Positions 40,075 through 56,293 of a stretch of DNA of 64,000 bases are shown piece by piece; position 1 is the stretch's first letter; the number at the start of each line of letters is the position of its first letter. This stretch comes from Eledone cirrhosa (Eukaryota). Under the pieces are notes generated by a model. That model saw only the letters and a list, made by a program, of their open reading frames with translations. It searched no databases and had not been told where the DNA came from. Made by a program: the position numbers and the translations under genes. Where the stretch lies: assembly GCA_964016885.1 (NCBI GenBank), contig OZ024742.1, forward strand, positions 324,756,001 to 324,820,000, read 5' to 3'.

Positions 40075-40552
40075 TGCTGCAGACTCTGCTAAGAGTATTG
40101 CAATCGCTTGTCAGATTATAACAGATCCTGAACAAGCAATGTCTGTGATTTGATGGTTTTCTGAGTGCGGAAAGGTCTTGCACTCGGCCAATCCTACTCT
40201 CTGAGCATGGAAAACACTTACCCGAAAAGGAGAAGTTGTCAACATCATCGGATACTTCCGAATCCGTACGTTATTTTTTTCAGAGTTTCCTTCTCCTAGA
40301 AAGGTGTTCTGACATCAACTGGGGGCCTTCACTTCCAGGTTAAAAAGAAAAGTACTATTTGGATGGTCGTTGACTCTGTTGAGTTCCTCCGCCCTTTGCC
40401 GGGTCTTGTATTTCATCCTGCAGGGTGTCCAAATATGACCCTCCTCACCAAGCAAGCTTGGTGGGGTTGCCGGTTTAGTCGCTGACGACCCGACCATGAG
40501 ACAGGTTGTACTGGGTTACTGTTACCAGTAGCACTCGAGAGTGACCTGACAT
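40075..40552 (-). mobile_element. GC-richer structured repeat fragment, possibly a LINE (RTE-type) 5' UTR
   Basis: Compositional island between microsatellites with several hairpins (tactgg/ccagta, caccaag/cttggtg). Family assignment is a guess. Confidence 0.3.
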
Positions 40553-40599
40553 AAAATATATACATACATACATGCATACATACATAAATACATACATAA

Positions 40600-40693
<94 letters not shown>

Positions 40694-40791
40694 AGAATAG
40701 GGTGGCTGTGTAGTTGCTAGTTAAGGTAGGCTTAAAAATAGGAATAAGAATAAGAAGAAAGCAAGAAATGGTGGTAGGGCGGGGGGTTTTC

Positions 40792-40883
<92 letters not shown>

Positions 40884-41496
40884 CGTGTGTGTGTGTGTTG
40901 TCGAATGTATAAACCACTGATGAACATTAATCGGTCAGTTTCAACTGAAAACATAAAAAGAAAGATTTTAGTTAAATGTATACACACTTTCTGTGCAAAT
41001 TTCATACAATAATACATTCAGCTGAAATGTTTACAATAAATTAGAATTTTATTCTTTGTTTTTCAGCTGGGATATTTTTTCACAAATGTCAACATCTATG
41101 CCTGACATAATGTTAGGATACATATATTATTGTACAGTATTGTACAAGATCTGAAGTTATGTGATCTGGAAACTACCCAGTTGATATAGGTAGGCATGAA
41201 ACCTTTGTAACGCTGATTCTCCAAGTACACTCTACCATACCTTGTCTGCCATAGGAGAGTTACGAAGATTGAAGCCAAATTAGCACTTATCGAAAAAACT
41301 GCTATATGGGAAAAAGAAACGTTTAAAATAAAAGTAACTATTAAAACATATTTTCAATGTGTAAATATTTTTATAAATTTGACAGTGGAGTACTTGTTGA
41401 CGGATTGGATCTCTGATGAAATATGATTTCCAAAAGACGGCAGTAATGAAAGATGTTAGAGAAATTTTGCTCATAATAATAATAATGATAATAATG

Positions 41497-42716
41497 AAAA
41501 TATTGTGTACAGTGCTCAGGTGCACTACAACTCATCAAAAGTGTATGTATAGTACATAAGGCAATGTACAAACGTCAGGAAAATGAACAGTGCATGAGTC
41601 ATGATATACACATGTGTGTATGTGTATGGAAGGGGTACATCAGGTGTAGTTTTAGCGAATTTCGGAAAGCATGAGGGTTTTAAAGGATGCAGTGTCTCGG
41701 CAACTAACAACTGACGCAGGCAGTTTGTTCCATGCTTCAGCAACTCTAAGCGTGAAAAAATGTTTCCGAAAGTCATGGGAGCTGTGCTGTTTTCTGATTT
41801 TGTAGGCATGTCCACGTGTGTTAGACACATGGAGATCAAAAAGGTGCTCAGGATTGTTGTTGGCGAGATGGTTAATAACTTTGTGGGTGTTTACCAAGTC
41901 CATTGCCAGACGTCGGAGTTTCAATGAATCCATGCCCAGGGAATCAAGGAGTTCAGAGTATGGTAGGTGTCTGATGGAGGGTATGCGCTTGGTTGCACGT
42001 CTCTGAACAGTTTCCAGGAGGTCAATGTTGTGAGCAAGATAGGGGTTCCAGACTGATGATGCAAATTCCAAGTGTGGTCGTACCATAGCTGTATACAGCT
42101 TTAAATAGATGGCTGAGTGATGCCAAGATACCCTAGGCCTTCTTGACAATCTTAGAGACGTGCTTTGTCCAACGCAAATCGCCGCTGACAGTAATGCCCA
42201 GGTCACGTTCACAAGAGGACTTCTTGATATAAGTATTGTGGAGGGAGTAAGTGGATGCTGGCTGTTTCCCTAAAAAATGCATGGTGGTATACTTGTCCAC
42301 AGCCAGCTTCAGTTGTCAGTCTGTGATCCATTGCTGCATTGTGTCCAGGTCTGATTGTAGGAAAGAGTTGTAGATTTCAGGATCAGTCCTTTTGATTTCA
42401 AGATGCAGCTTGATGTCATCTGCATATTTCAGTACCGTGGCATTCTTTAAGTTGGCATCTATGTCATTAACATATGCCACAAACAAAAGGGGACCAAGAA
42501 CAGATCCCTGTGGTACACCAGATGACATCTCATATGGTGAAGAATGCTGTCCTAGAACCGTGACTACCTTTTTTCGGCTGAGAATGAAAGATTTCAACCA
42601 GTTAAAAAGATCATCCCTCACACCCATTGCAGAGTGTTTCGCCATAAGTCTTTTGTGTGGCACAGAATTAAAAGCCTTAGCGAAGTCAAGGTAAACAACA
42701 TCCACCCATGAGCCGC
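41497..42716 (-). mobile_element. CR1-type LINE 3' fragment (RT)
   Basis: VDVVYLDFAKAF, SGVPQGSVLGPLLF, YADD, LYTAMVRPHLEF..VWNP, TRGH, RKHFFTLRVAEAWNKLP; ends at an (ATT)n tract. Confidence 0.9.
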
Positions 42717-42871
42717 TCTGTTGCGAATTGCACATTATGAAACAAACAATAGTAAAAGGATGTTTTAGAAGTTGTACTGGAGCCACAGATTCCCTCTAAA
42801 ATAACGTAAGTGTATATGGAAAGCTTGAAACACTTATTTTTACTATAGAGATTAATCCGGAAATGTATGTG

Positions 42872-42993
42872 AATTCGCTTTAACTGTGGATGAAGATGCA
42901 ATCATAATTCGCTTTAACTGTGGATGAAGATGCAATCATAATTCGCTTAAACTGTGGATAAAGATGCAATCATAATTCGCTTTAACTGTGGAT
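42872..42993. repeat. 34-bp minisatellite, about 3.6 copies
   Basis: aattcgctttaactgtggatgaagatgcaatcat at 42872, 42906, 42940 and 42974. Confidence 0.92.
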
Positions 42994-44140
42994 TAAGATC
43001 ATGTTGCTTTCACAGCGATCCTGAAGCTTCATATGCGTTGTTTCAATTGTCTTGTAAATATTCAAAACATCCGAGGATTGAACATTTTCAAGGAAAATAT
43101 ATTGCTCACCGATCGATATTAAACCAATCTTCCCACAAAATATGTATGATTTATTGTAATGTATAATAAGAATTCGGGACAGTTAAGCACAGGAATCACG
43201 AAAGACGGATAAAGATTTAGATATAACGATAGCTGAATGGTTAAAACATTTCCATTTGTGGCAATGACTTGTGAAATGTTAAGAACTACTAAATAGTATA
43301 GCAGTGTAGGTTTATGTGAGAGTCTATAAATCAAACAACCAATAGCAGTGCGATCAACAATGCACTAACCATTCTATAAATATAAGTAAAAATGAAATGT
43401 ATTCGTATACATTAGTCCTATCACCTACCAGCCTTTACATATTCGCTCGACCTCCTAATACAACGGCAGAGTTTCAATTAAAAAAATAATACGTTTCATA
43501 TTTCAGATGCACGCTATTTCACAATGAACTTAGAAGTGCAAGGCTAAAATAACAGTGATTAATGGATTGCCCAATCAAAACTAACTTGGAGCTAAACAAC
43601 AACAATAACATTTTACCAGCTTATTAAGATGCTTTAATAACATGTTCTCTATTAAATATTCTAGGAAGAGGATAATCTTTAGGATGAATTAATCAATGAA
43701 ATAGAAAGAGAAGGAATTTTAAATCGTTTTATCTGTTTAACCGTTTAGTAACTTTGGTTAATATGCTATCAATTATAGCAAATCTTACTAATTTTCCATG
43801 AATATAAAACAAAAATAAAATGTTTTAGAAAATATACTTCGAATTCATCTCAAACAGAACGCGACAGTTATTTTTCCACTGGAAGTTTACTCATATAACA
43901 TACAAGATAACCTCATATCTCAAGCTTTCTTTGATGATTCCAGATGATGCCCGACTGAAATAAGTCCTCGAAATAAATGACAATGTGCCATTTAAGACAT
44001 CTATTGATTTATATAAGTTCTATCTACATTTGTATTTAAGTTTAATATATATTTAAATATAGTATCGAGCAATATCTGTGAGCTGAAATATATAGGAATT
44101 AATCAGTTGGCATGGACATCGTAACTTCTCGTCATTATGG

Positions 44141-44515
44141 TGAATTGGCAGTATCCGTAGAGGGTCGGAATCCATTCTTTGACGCTTAGAGTTACGGCCT
44201 TTGCTATTCTGAGATCAAATCCCGCCGAGGTTAACTTTGCCTTTCATCCTTACAGGGTCGATAAAATAAAGTACCAGTAATGCACTGGGTAATTGCTGGC
44301 CTTGTGCCAAAAGTAGAAACAATTATGACACGAATATTGGGCAACGGATTGGCTGAGCCGTCTGAGTGTCGGACAATTACGTCCTAATTGTGCCCCGCTT
44401 CTTCTCGTTCTGAATTCAAATCCCGCTCAGTCCTTCATCCTTCTGGGTTGATAAAATAAAGTAGCAGTAAAGAACTGAGGTCAATACATTCCACATACTC
44501 CTCCCATGGCCTTGT
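44141..44515 (+). mobile_element. Two adjacent tRNA-derived SINEs (young ~44141-44323; older ~44335-44515)
   Basis: ttggcagtatccgtagagggtcgg...gagatcaaatcccgccgagg...gtgccaaaagtagaaac, then a diverged copy. Confidence 0.85.
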
Positions 44516-44778
44516 AATGTTGTCCTCTCTATCATGTGTGGAACCAGTCGGCTGGAAGTTGCAGACGACATGGTACTACTTCATTGGTCTTGAGATCTCA
44601 GACTCGGAGAGGTTAGACATCGCACACAGATGTGTCTCGTGTACATTAGAATATGCTAATGGTGAAGAGAGGAGAACAGTAGACGGGTTCCGGATTATCT
44701 CTCCCTGTATATATTATATATCCCAGCAAAATTTTGGATAAGTTGTGACATTCCTGATTTCATACAGATGAACAGTTC

Positions 44779-44844
<66 letters not shown>

Positions 44845-45040
44845 TCAGTCGATTGACTTTCATCAAATCGGACCGAGGAAACAATGTTTCCATGAGTCTT
44901 TCCAATTGCTAATACTATCTATCGGTCGCAACTCCAGGTAGAAGGAGCAACGTGAAATAAAGTGTCTTGCTCAAGGACATAACACCCGGTCCGCGAATCG
45001 AAATCACAACCTCACGATTGCGAATCCAATTCTCTTACCC
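44845..45040 (-). mobile_element. Second SINE family (tRNA head + CORE-like segment)
   Basis: Reverse strand: ATTTCGATTC B-box-like, then tgtccttgagcaagacacttt; related to 63140-63450. Confidence 0.7.
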
Positions 45041-45066
45041 TATATATATATACACACACACACACG

Positions 45067-45157
<91 letters not shown>

Positions 45158-45162
45158 GTGTG

Positions 45163-45247
<85 letters not shown>

Positions 45248-45780
45248 CTTCATATACACATATACACATACATACATGTGTTTATACATTGCGGTCAATG
45301 ATAAGAAACAAATTAACATTTTATATGCTTCCCAATATTATCCTTTCCCTCCCTCATTACTATGTTTAATACTTCCTACTGATCATAACTATGTACGTAT
45401 AGCGAACTGTTTTAGGAGCGTGATTATTGAGACGAGTGCAAACGCAAATACAAGAACAAACTGCTACTATACAATTAGATGACACCATTAACCTGATGAG
45501 GTTTTCCTACAATAGAAAATAATCATTTGTCACTATTTTATCAACGCAGAGAGAATTATGGAATGCCTATTCTGAAAATAACTAACGTACGTGCTTTTAT
45601 TATCTCTTATGATTTGTTCCATTATAGAGTTATAGGGGTCATTCTACCAATAAATATGGTGACATTTATTATTGGATCTCTCTTTTTTTTGTGTTCGTGC
45701 AGGCTCCCCGATATATATATATATATATATATATTACGAAGGAAGTATGGTATATATATATATATATATATATAGTGTGG

Positions 45781-45822
<42 letters not shown>

Positions 45823-45940
45823 AACGCATACATACATGCACACATACACAGACATATATATATAATATATATAAGTGCATATTATATTGTTCTTATATAT
45901 GTGTTTTTGTGTGTGTATGCGTGTATATATCTACAGACAG

Positions 45941-45992
<52 letters not shown>

Positions 45993-47392
45993 GTGAGTGC
46001 GGGTTTGTGTTTTTGATTATTTGTATTTATATAAATATTTTGTTTAAACATATATACATATATTCATAGCAAATTACTGAATATTTGACGTAAAAGATTT
46101 TTACATGATTTTTTTTTCCCATAGTTTCTGACTTTCTCTGCTGAATTACTTGTTGCCATGTTTGGTAGTACATTAACAATGGGAGCATTGCTATGAGTTA
46201 AATGTAAATTCCAGTAGAAAGCTTACTAAAACGTCTTCGTCTTTATATTCCTTCTACATACGCACACTATTCGGGCTAATATCAACTAGGAGAAATTTTC
46301 CACCGCAGCGATCTCTCGTGGCCAATATTGGCAATTTCATATTCTTGCCATCCACCCTTTCTCAAGTTCCTCCAGAAAAAGGGCAAAAAATTAGACACAA
46401 GTTTAAGTGTCGCAATATATACATTCGCACGAACACACATATACGCCCACTAACAAATATACACAAACAAAATGTCAGAGTATATTTCTACACTGATTTA
46501 CAAGAAATATTCTGTTGCTTGATGTTAATTTATGCTAATATATCTAAAAAATAAATGTGTCTGTGTATCTAAAGGCTGTAGCCTTCTATATTAATAAGTG
46601 TGAGATACTCCGTGTCGTTTCTCAACGGGTAACATCCATAAAAACAGTCCGTAGTGAAATATTTAATTCAGTAGACATAAACATTATTTCTGGTCTCCCA
46701 AACTCCAATACTAATATTTATTTCCGTTAAATGTCACACAAGCCTTTCTCGAATTATCTCCCGCTAAAGAAATCAATACATAGGGATCACCTAAAATATA
46801 ACCAGTAACCAGAGCAGGAAATTACTGTTAAAAAATATTTATATCAGGTTCATCAGTTAAAAGAGTATTAGCGGCCTATTATTAGTGATCAATTCTGAGG
46901 ATGGGGACTTGCAATATTATTGAACTTATAAAACATCAATGCATAAAGGACTAATGAGCAAATATGAAAATTCTCTTTTATAAAACCTTAAATCGCAAAG
47001 AAATTGTGTCTTATATGTAATAGTCACACACTCACACGCACACACACATACACACACATACAAACACACACACACGCACATACACACATACACATGCATA
47101 CACACATGCACACACATATATATATAACCAAATTAAAAGATATATGTTTATATATTGTGACAAAGAGTCATATATGGTAAATGAAACACGGTATATTGTA
47201 TATATACCAAATACCTATTCTATAGAAGAATATGTACTCAGATGGAATCATAAATGAAACCTTATAGCGGTATTTCATACCTGGAAAGTGTGGCTAAAAA
47301 TAAATCTATGTAATCGGTTATTATGGCTGTAGATAAAGTCTATTGAGAAACAGAAAATTCTAAACATATTTGATATGTTTTGACTCATCATT

Positions 47393-47443
<51 letters not shown>

Positions 47444-47564
47444 ATATATGAGGTTATAGTCTAATAGTTCACTATCTTCATTGGTAAGATGTAACGCATT
47501 GAAACGTAGTGATTTATAAATAAATAATTTTAATACCAATCCTTGGTCTTATTGAATTTTGAGT

Positions 47565-47628
<64 letters not shown>

Positions 47629-47850
47629 ACACATTAACGGAGAAAGCTTTAAGCAATACTCCGACCGGCTTCCGTCTCACTCAACAAATATTAGGATATA
47701 CCTCAGTATAATCCCAATTATACGTTTGGGGTGCTAACTATACGATAGCCAGTTGTATTATTTTATATGAGACATAATTAAATACATCTCTCTCTCCAAA
47801 CGATCGTTTCATTATAAGTTTTCTACAAATTGAGAAAATAATGTCCATAA

Positions 47851-47890
<40 letters not shown>

Positions 47891-47895
<5 letters not shown>

Positions 47896-48100
47896 AACGA
47901 GTAGGACCCCGACGACTGAGCTCAAGCCGTTTCGACGGCTAATTCTGGACTAAAATTGTTAGTCCAGAATTAGCCGTCGAAACGGCTTGAGCTCAGCCGT
48001 CGGGGTCCTACTCGTTCCTATTACCCACTCTACTACCCAAAGTATTGAGTACTTTGGTGCGTTATGGTTCACCTGGTTCCTTACCACATTTCATTCGTTA
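47891..48100 (+). mobile_element. Naiad 3'-terminal fragment with 63-bp inverted arms
   Basis: Arms at 47891-47953 / 47959-48021; matches 28355-28497 and ~32741-32790; sits in (TA)n. Confidence 0.85.
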
Positions 48101-48640
48101 TATATATATAACACGTGGGAAAAAACGTGGGAAAACACACAAACATGAGGACAATTCCCGCATATGTTCCCAATACCATAATATATTAACTTAGATATTG
48201 ATAACCCCCCCGCTTCAAAATGCCAGTCACGATAATATATTCACAGAACGAAGTTAGAGACACCTTACAAAACAGAAAGCAAAATAAAATAATAAATTAA
48301 GTTCATGATTAAAGTATATCACATTTAACCTAATTATTTTCTTTTCGCTCTTTCCACTGTGGAATAAACTTCTAAACTATTTTCTATTAACAAAATGAAA
48401 TATTATCTACAATTTCTAACAATTTGTGACAAAAATTTAATCGAAGTATTAGAATGATTTTTTTTTAGAAAGGGTATTTCAATAACCAATAGTCTGACTA
48501 TGATATTAAGAATGGTTTAGATACTTTGGGAATTGATCTATTATTTAATTGAATATAAGCGGCAATCTAGAGATTAAATTATAAAATTTGACATACGATA
48601 TTCAGCATAGCAATAGATATTCATTCATTCATTCATTCAG

Positions 48641-48748
<108 letters not shown>

Positions 48749-48897
48749 GTTTACTCTAAATTATGCATATATAGTTTAGACACACACATAAACCCATATA
48801 TATATATATATGTGTAAGAGGTAAACAGAAATAACACCATCAGTACAGTATATGGAAGGAATATATTAGATTAACGCTTAAAATACCAGGAAGAGGG

Positions 48898-48933
48898 TTT
48901 TAACGTTTCGGACGCTAGTCCTTCATCAGAAGA
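48898..48933 (-). ncRNA. Minimal hammerhead ribozyme in pLTR (weakened stem I)
   Basis: tctt CTGATGA a ggac tagc gtcc GAAA cg TT aaaa. Confidence 0.65.
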
Positions 48934-50777
48934 AAGAATGAGAAATTAGAATGATTGAAAGGACAGTCAGAGCGGAATTGGAAAAAATATTTTTAGAGAA
49001 AAATAACAGGTCTATTCATGTTGCTATCTCTTGGAAAATTGTTGATGATGGCGTTTTGTGTATGATATATTTTTTTAGAAAAGTGGATGATGCAGCACGT
49101 CTGCCTGAAATGGAAAAAAACACCATTTACTCTTTAGAGCTATATGTGTGTGCGTGTGCGTGTGTGTTATTATACGTCCGTACGAAACTAAGAGGATATG
49201 TGTGTATGTATATGTAAGTAAAACAGTGTTTGTGTGCTTGTAAGTACGAAGCTGTGAGCAAAAGTATGTTAATATAAGGGTGTGTGTGTATGTGTGTACA
49301 CACCTGTGAATGGAACAGTAGAGGTGTGTGTACGTATTTTGTTGGTCTGTATCAGCTGTAAGAGCATATGTTTCTGACCATAAGAGAGCCGTAAGAATCT
49401 GTGGGGGTGGGGGGGATGTACAAGCGCGCGTGTGATAACGGACGGGGTAAACTTGACGGACCAAAGGGTAGATAAGTAAGCACGAACGTAATTTATGTGT
49501 AATATTAAAGAAATTGAGTACATGAGGGAAACAGGACCCAAAGCGGTAAATCAGACTCTGTTCAGTCCTGGTGTGCGAGACCCGTGATTCGTGATGTAAA
49601 AGGGCACCCAGGACTGAGATATGTAGGGAAGAGTAAACTTGGGAGGAGTGCAGGTGAAGGCGTAGCGGATATGGAATGGGCCATTGGGGCATATGTCGCC
49701 GGAGAGGTAGGGTGATGGCTGGTAGGTGAGAGGAAAAGGAAGGCGGGTATTGGGAGGGTGCTGGTTAGGTGAGAGGCCTGTGGTACCGTCGGTTTCACGG
49801 GCGCGCTTGAGAGCAGCTTGGATCAGGGTGGGGGGGATATTCACGCTGAGTGAAGTAGGAGGCCATGTGAAGGGAATGGGTTTCGAAATCGTGGTCCTGG
49901 CTACAGAGCCGACGAAGACGGAGGAATTGGCAGTAGGGTATGGAGGTTTGGTGTGGTTGAATGGGAGGATGTGAAGTCGAGGTAAGAGTGGGAGGGAGTT
50001 GGTTTATAGAAGATAGAAGTAGAAAGGGTGTGGTGAGTGTGATCGATAAAGAGAGAGATATCAAGAAAAGGGACAGAAGAATCAGAGACGGAAGTGGTGA
50101 AAGTGAGAGCGGAATGAAAAGATTGAACAAAAGATAGAAAGCAGTCTAGCTGTTCACGTGATAGCGAGGTAGCACCGATATAGTCGTCGATATAACGACC
50201 GTATAGCTCAGGATAGGTCCAGCAATGGAAAGGAATATGGGAAATTTAAAAATCAAAGAGGCCATTTTCACCATCAACAAAAAGCTACATATAAATAATA
50301 GATTAGAAATATTTGAAGCAAATTGCCAACTATAACGGCTCAACGCATGCGTCTTTCAAGCACGTAGATCAGTTAGGGAAGAACACATCGATCGTTCCGT
50401 TTTATGTTGAACTTTTTCCATTGCATATTTGAAAAGTGGATAGTAGCCCTAAAATATCAAGTGGAAATATACTGGGTAAACAATACTTCTTTTGTTTTAT
50501 TTGTATCCCATTTTACATTTTACCGGCGTTATGTATATATATATATATATTACACGCGTGCACAAGTATAGCTCTTTTTACAAAATGTTTTTTTTTCTCC
50601 ATTTCAGGTAGACGCGCTCCATCATCTACTTTTCTAAAAAATAAATCATACACAAAACGCCAGCACCAACAGTTTTGCAAGATATGTCAACATGAATGGA
50701 CCTGTTATTTTTATCTGAAGACATTTTTTCCAATTCCTACCCGTCCGCCTCCTCAATCTATCCTATTTCTCATTCTT

Positions 50778-50813
50778 TCTTCTGATGAAGGACTAGCGTC
50801 CGAAACGTAAAGA
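50778..50813 (+). ncRNA. Minimal hammerhead ribozyme in pLTR
   Basis: tctt CTGATGA a ggac tagc gtcc GAAA cg TA aaga; palindromic ACGU stem III. Confidence 0.8.
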
Positions 50814-51334
50814 CCTCCTTCCTGGTATATCAAGCGTTAGGCTAATATATCCCTTCCATATACTGTACCAATTGTGTGTGTTATTTTTGTTTAGCTTTTA
50901 CACACACACACACAAATACACACACACACACACATACACATATATACATTTATTTACCAGATTTAAAAAAAAACAGTTATCGGGAAACTTACGACGTCAC
51001 TACAAGAGTCAATCGCCTTCAAATGACACTCACCAGTCAGAAAAAAAAAATCACATTAAAAAAAGCTATCTAGACTATTCTAAAAAATGGTGTTATCACA
51101 GTTGGAATATATTTCGTCGTACATCAACACGATCAGGTCTGACCCTGAACTAAATGGCAATTATATTATAATCGTTTTCCTCGCCATCACCATCCTCGTT
51201 ATAAATATCATCATCGTTATCATCTACATCACCTTCGTCATTATCACCCACGTCATCATCTTTTGAATTTTAGCTGAATGTTCTTTCTTTTTCCTCCACC
51301 ACAATCAGGACAAGCACTACAACCGCCATCCATC

Positions 51335-51372
51335 GCCACCACCACTACTACTACTACTACTACTATTACTAT

Positions 51373-51426
<54 letters not shown>

Positions 51427-51494
51427 CCCCACCCCCACCACCACCATCACTCTACTACTACTGCTACTGCTACTGCTGCAGCTGCTGCTACTAC

Positions 51495-51532
<38 letters not shown>

Positions 51533-51563
51533 TCACCACCACCACAACAACCACCACTACCAT

Positions 51564-51605
<42 letters not shown>

Positions 51606-52735
51606 CACCACCACCACCACCACCACCACCACCACTGCGAATATTTACAACATATCTAAATCTAACAAACTTCTATTTGAATCTGCTCTCCTCATCATTT
51701 TACACCACCTATTTACCTCCCTTTCTCTTCCACCCCACATATTCTCCCTTTCTCTTCCACCCCACATATTCTCATCACTCTTTATCTCCTTCGTTGCTAA
51801 TCACTATCATTTCAACGTTTATTTAATCGCTTTTATGACAAACCATTCTGGTAAAACATCATCACCAACTTTGTTACATGCGTCAGAAGATTTCATTTAA
51901 AACATTATAGCAGAAAACAAAATCGCGTTAGCCGCCATCATGTCAGCTATAATCTACATCACAGTCTATTTTGTTTGTCCGAGTGCACTTGACCTGAGCT
52001 TTTGCACTTCTACATTAAATATCGCCACACGATAAAGCCACTGATTGCGATGGTCATTATTGTAATGATGATGATAATAGAGGTGGTAGTGGTGGTGATA
52101 GTGCTGGTGGAGGTGGTGGTGATAGTAGTGGTGGTAGTGGTGATGGTGGTTGTTATGAGGGCGCTGATGATGATGGTCACTATGATGATACGTTGTCAAT
52201 GTCTTAATAGTCGTTATTTAATGTCCAATAATTTTCTACTTCTGTCTGTCGTTCCTGTTTACTTTAAGCACTCTGCTATAGTTTCAGTTTGTTTTCTCCA
52301 TTGTCATGCAAGATCCGTGTCTCTAAATGATTTAATCTTCTCTACCATTCTCATCATCATCATCACCAGGATCAACACCGGTAGCAACATAGATGTCGTC
52401 ATCTTCAACATCCTCATTAACATCAACAGAACATCGCCTACACCATAACCACCACCAACATGATAATCGACAATATAGTCATTTTATCATAATGAGGATT
52501 ATCCTAATCATCATCATTCTCTTCATCATCATAATCATCACCACAATCACCATCATCAACAACTTCATTGCCATCATCCACATCCAACGAATACACCGAC
52601 ACCGTCATCATCATGATCACCATCATCATCATCATCATTATCATCATCGTCATCATCATGATCATCATCATTACCATCAACACCATAGAGGATACCATCA
52701 TCAACATCCCCTCTATCATGATAATCATCATTAAA
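51335..52735. repeat. Trinucleotide low-complexity tracts (ACT/ACC, GGT/GAT, CAT)
   Basis: Direct reading at ~51335-51635, ~52050-52190 and ~52350-52735. Confidence 0.9.
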
Positions 52736-52773
52736 ACCATGCTGATGTATTTCAACGCATTATATATCATTGT

Positions 52774-52955
52774 GGATTGGCAGTATCGGTAGAGGGTCGG
52801 ACGCCATGCTTTGCAACAAAGAGTTACGGCCCTTTATGGTATGATTTCAAATCCCGCCGCGGTTAACTTTGCCTTTCATGCTTACGGGGTCGATAAAATA
52901 AAGTACCAGTAATACACTTATATAATTGCTGGCTTTGTGCCAAAAAGTAGAAACA
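52774..52955 (+). mobile_element. tRNA-derived SINE with a perfect 15-bp TSD
   Basis: TSD attatatatcattgt at 52759-52773 and 52956-52970. Confidence 0.92.
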
Positions 52956-54538
52956 ATTATATATCATTGTATTTTTCTTTCTTCCAGCACCATCTCATCT
53001 ACGGCTGCCATCTAAAAACATTCGCAGGATAAGGGTCAAATTATATTTATCATACATTCTGGATTTGTCGATGTCAATCCCATGAATGTTATGGTGTAAA
53101 TTGTGGCTTTAATATGTAATGTATCTATGATCCGACAATATTCGAAATCTCTGTTCTAAATCTCTGTTCCAACTACTTAAAGATACAACACAATTTTCTT
53201 AACTCAACGTGATTACGAATAAATACAATATCGGACATAGTAATAGAGCCTGCCTTTCATATGTTACACTATTGGCATTAATGTCGATTAAGACAATGTT
53301 TCTAAGTTTTAGAACTCCATGACAGAATGAATTCTAAAATACTTAGCCGATTAAATTTTCACTTTACTTTAACTTAAACAATGTACTAGTTTCACAGTGG
53401 CATTTTCAATGTGTTACATTTGTTGTATTACATTTACTTTTCTATTTTAATTAATACTGAATCTGTTTGCAAACTATCACTGGGTTACATTTTATTGAGT
53501 TAATAAATCCACGTTTTTGATTAGTTCAAATAGATCCACAAATATTGCCACGATCTCCATACTCATAACTAACCCTGACGTCACTTCACGCCGATATTAC
53601 AAAATCTTCAACAAAAATTCGGTTAAGATCATCTATAGTTGTATATGTAGTATATGATTGGATATCTCTAACCCAAATCAAGGATAGAAAATAAGCAGAA
53701 CATTTAGCATGAACGTATAGCGGATTAAACATGAATACTTTGAAAGCTTTACTTTATTATTTTATGAAAATTCCTCCCGAATGGAAATTTGTATGTATCC
53801 ATGGGTACATACACACATAACATAGATACATATAACTTCATCCAAGATTTAATTTGTTGATAACATACCATTAAATTATAATTTCTGATTATTTGCACTC
53901 AAATTACATTAAATACTATTTTACATCTACATCATAATCTTCGAAAATATACAGTAGACTTTCGCCTCATAAATACACCCACAATGTTGCCATCTGACAT
54001 CCCATCCCAAATTGCTAATAGCAACTCAGAATCCATTACTGTATAAATTACTACTATGATTAACTAATATTTTTTTTCATTTTACAAGATATATTTGAGC
54101 TGTTTTTTTCACATCTCCTATTTCCTTCCTTCTAACTATTTAATTGGAAGCATTGCATAATGTATGTATGTATGTATGTATGTATGTATGTATGTATGTA
54201 TGTATGTATGTATGTATGTATGTATGTATGTATGCATGTATGTATGTATGTATGTATGTATGTATGTATGTATGTATAGGCAACTCGGGAAACTGGGATA
54301 ACTCCGATATAAAATCTGCGGCTCAGTAGTTACCGATGATGTTGATCTTTTCTTCTTTGCGGGTTATAGCTACTGTCGCTCACAGAGTGGGTTTGGCTCA
54401 GTGCACAGTCTTTTCTCACTTTAAAAAATATCTTGACGTACAGGTATTCCACAATAGATTTAATTAATAATTATTAATAACTTAATAACGGTATATCGTG
54501 CAATGGGCATACTCGATAACGAGGGGGCAGCCATCATC

Positions 54539-54600
<62 letters not shown>

Positions 54601-54602
54601 AT

Positions 54603-54634
<32 letters not shown>

Positions 54635-54636
54635 AT

Positions 54637-54670
<34 letters not shown>

Positions 54671-54672
54671 AT

Positions 54673-54706
<34 letters not shown>

Positions 54707-54736
54707 ATATATATATATATTATATATATATATAAT

Positions 54737-56194
<1,458 letters not shown>

Positions 56195-56293
56195 ATATAA
56201 TAACTTGTGTGTTACACCTCTATTCTTTTAACTATATATATATATATATATATAAGTATGTATACGTACATACATATATGTATACAGACGTAC

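Larger units (their letters stand above)
48813..50900 (-). mobile_element. Degenerate Neptune-type Penelope-like element with inverted pseudo-LTRs
   Basis: SIPYCQFLRLRRLCSQ, YFTQREYP, FHIRYAFTCT, EQSLIYRFGSCFP (~49500-50130); ~48813-49170 is inverted relative to ~50530-50900. Confidence 0.8.

Noticed and set aside
40455-40552. HDV-like ribozyme on the minus strand (acc tgtctcat ggt ... gactaa)
   Set aside because: P3/L3 and J4/2-like words are present, but consistent P1, P1.1 and P2 could not be built by eye.
42872-42993. 34-bp repeat as a CRISPR array
   Set aside because: Repeats are contiguous with no spacers, and the context is eukaryotic.
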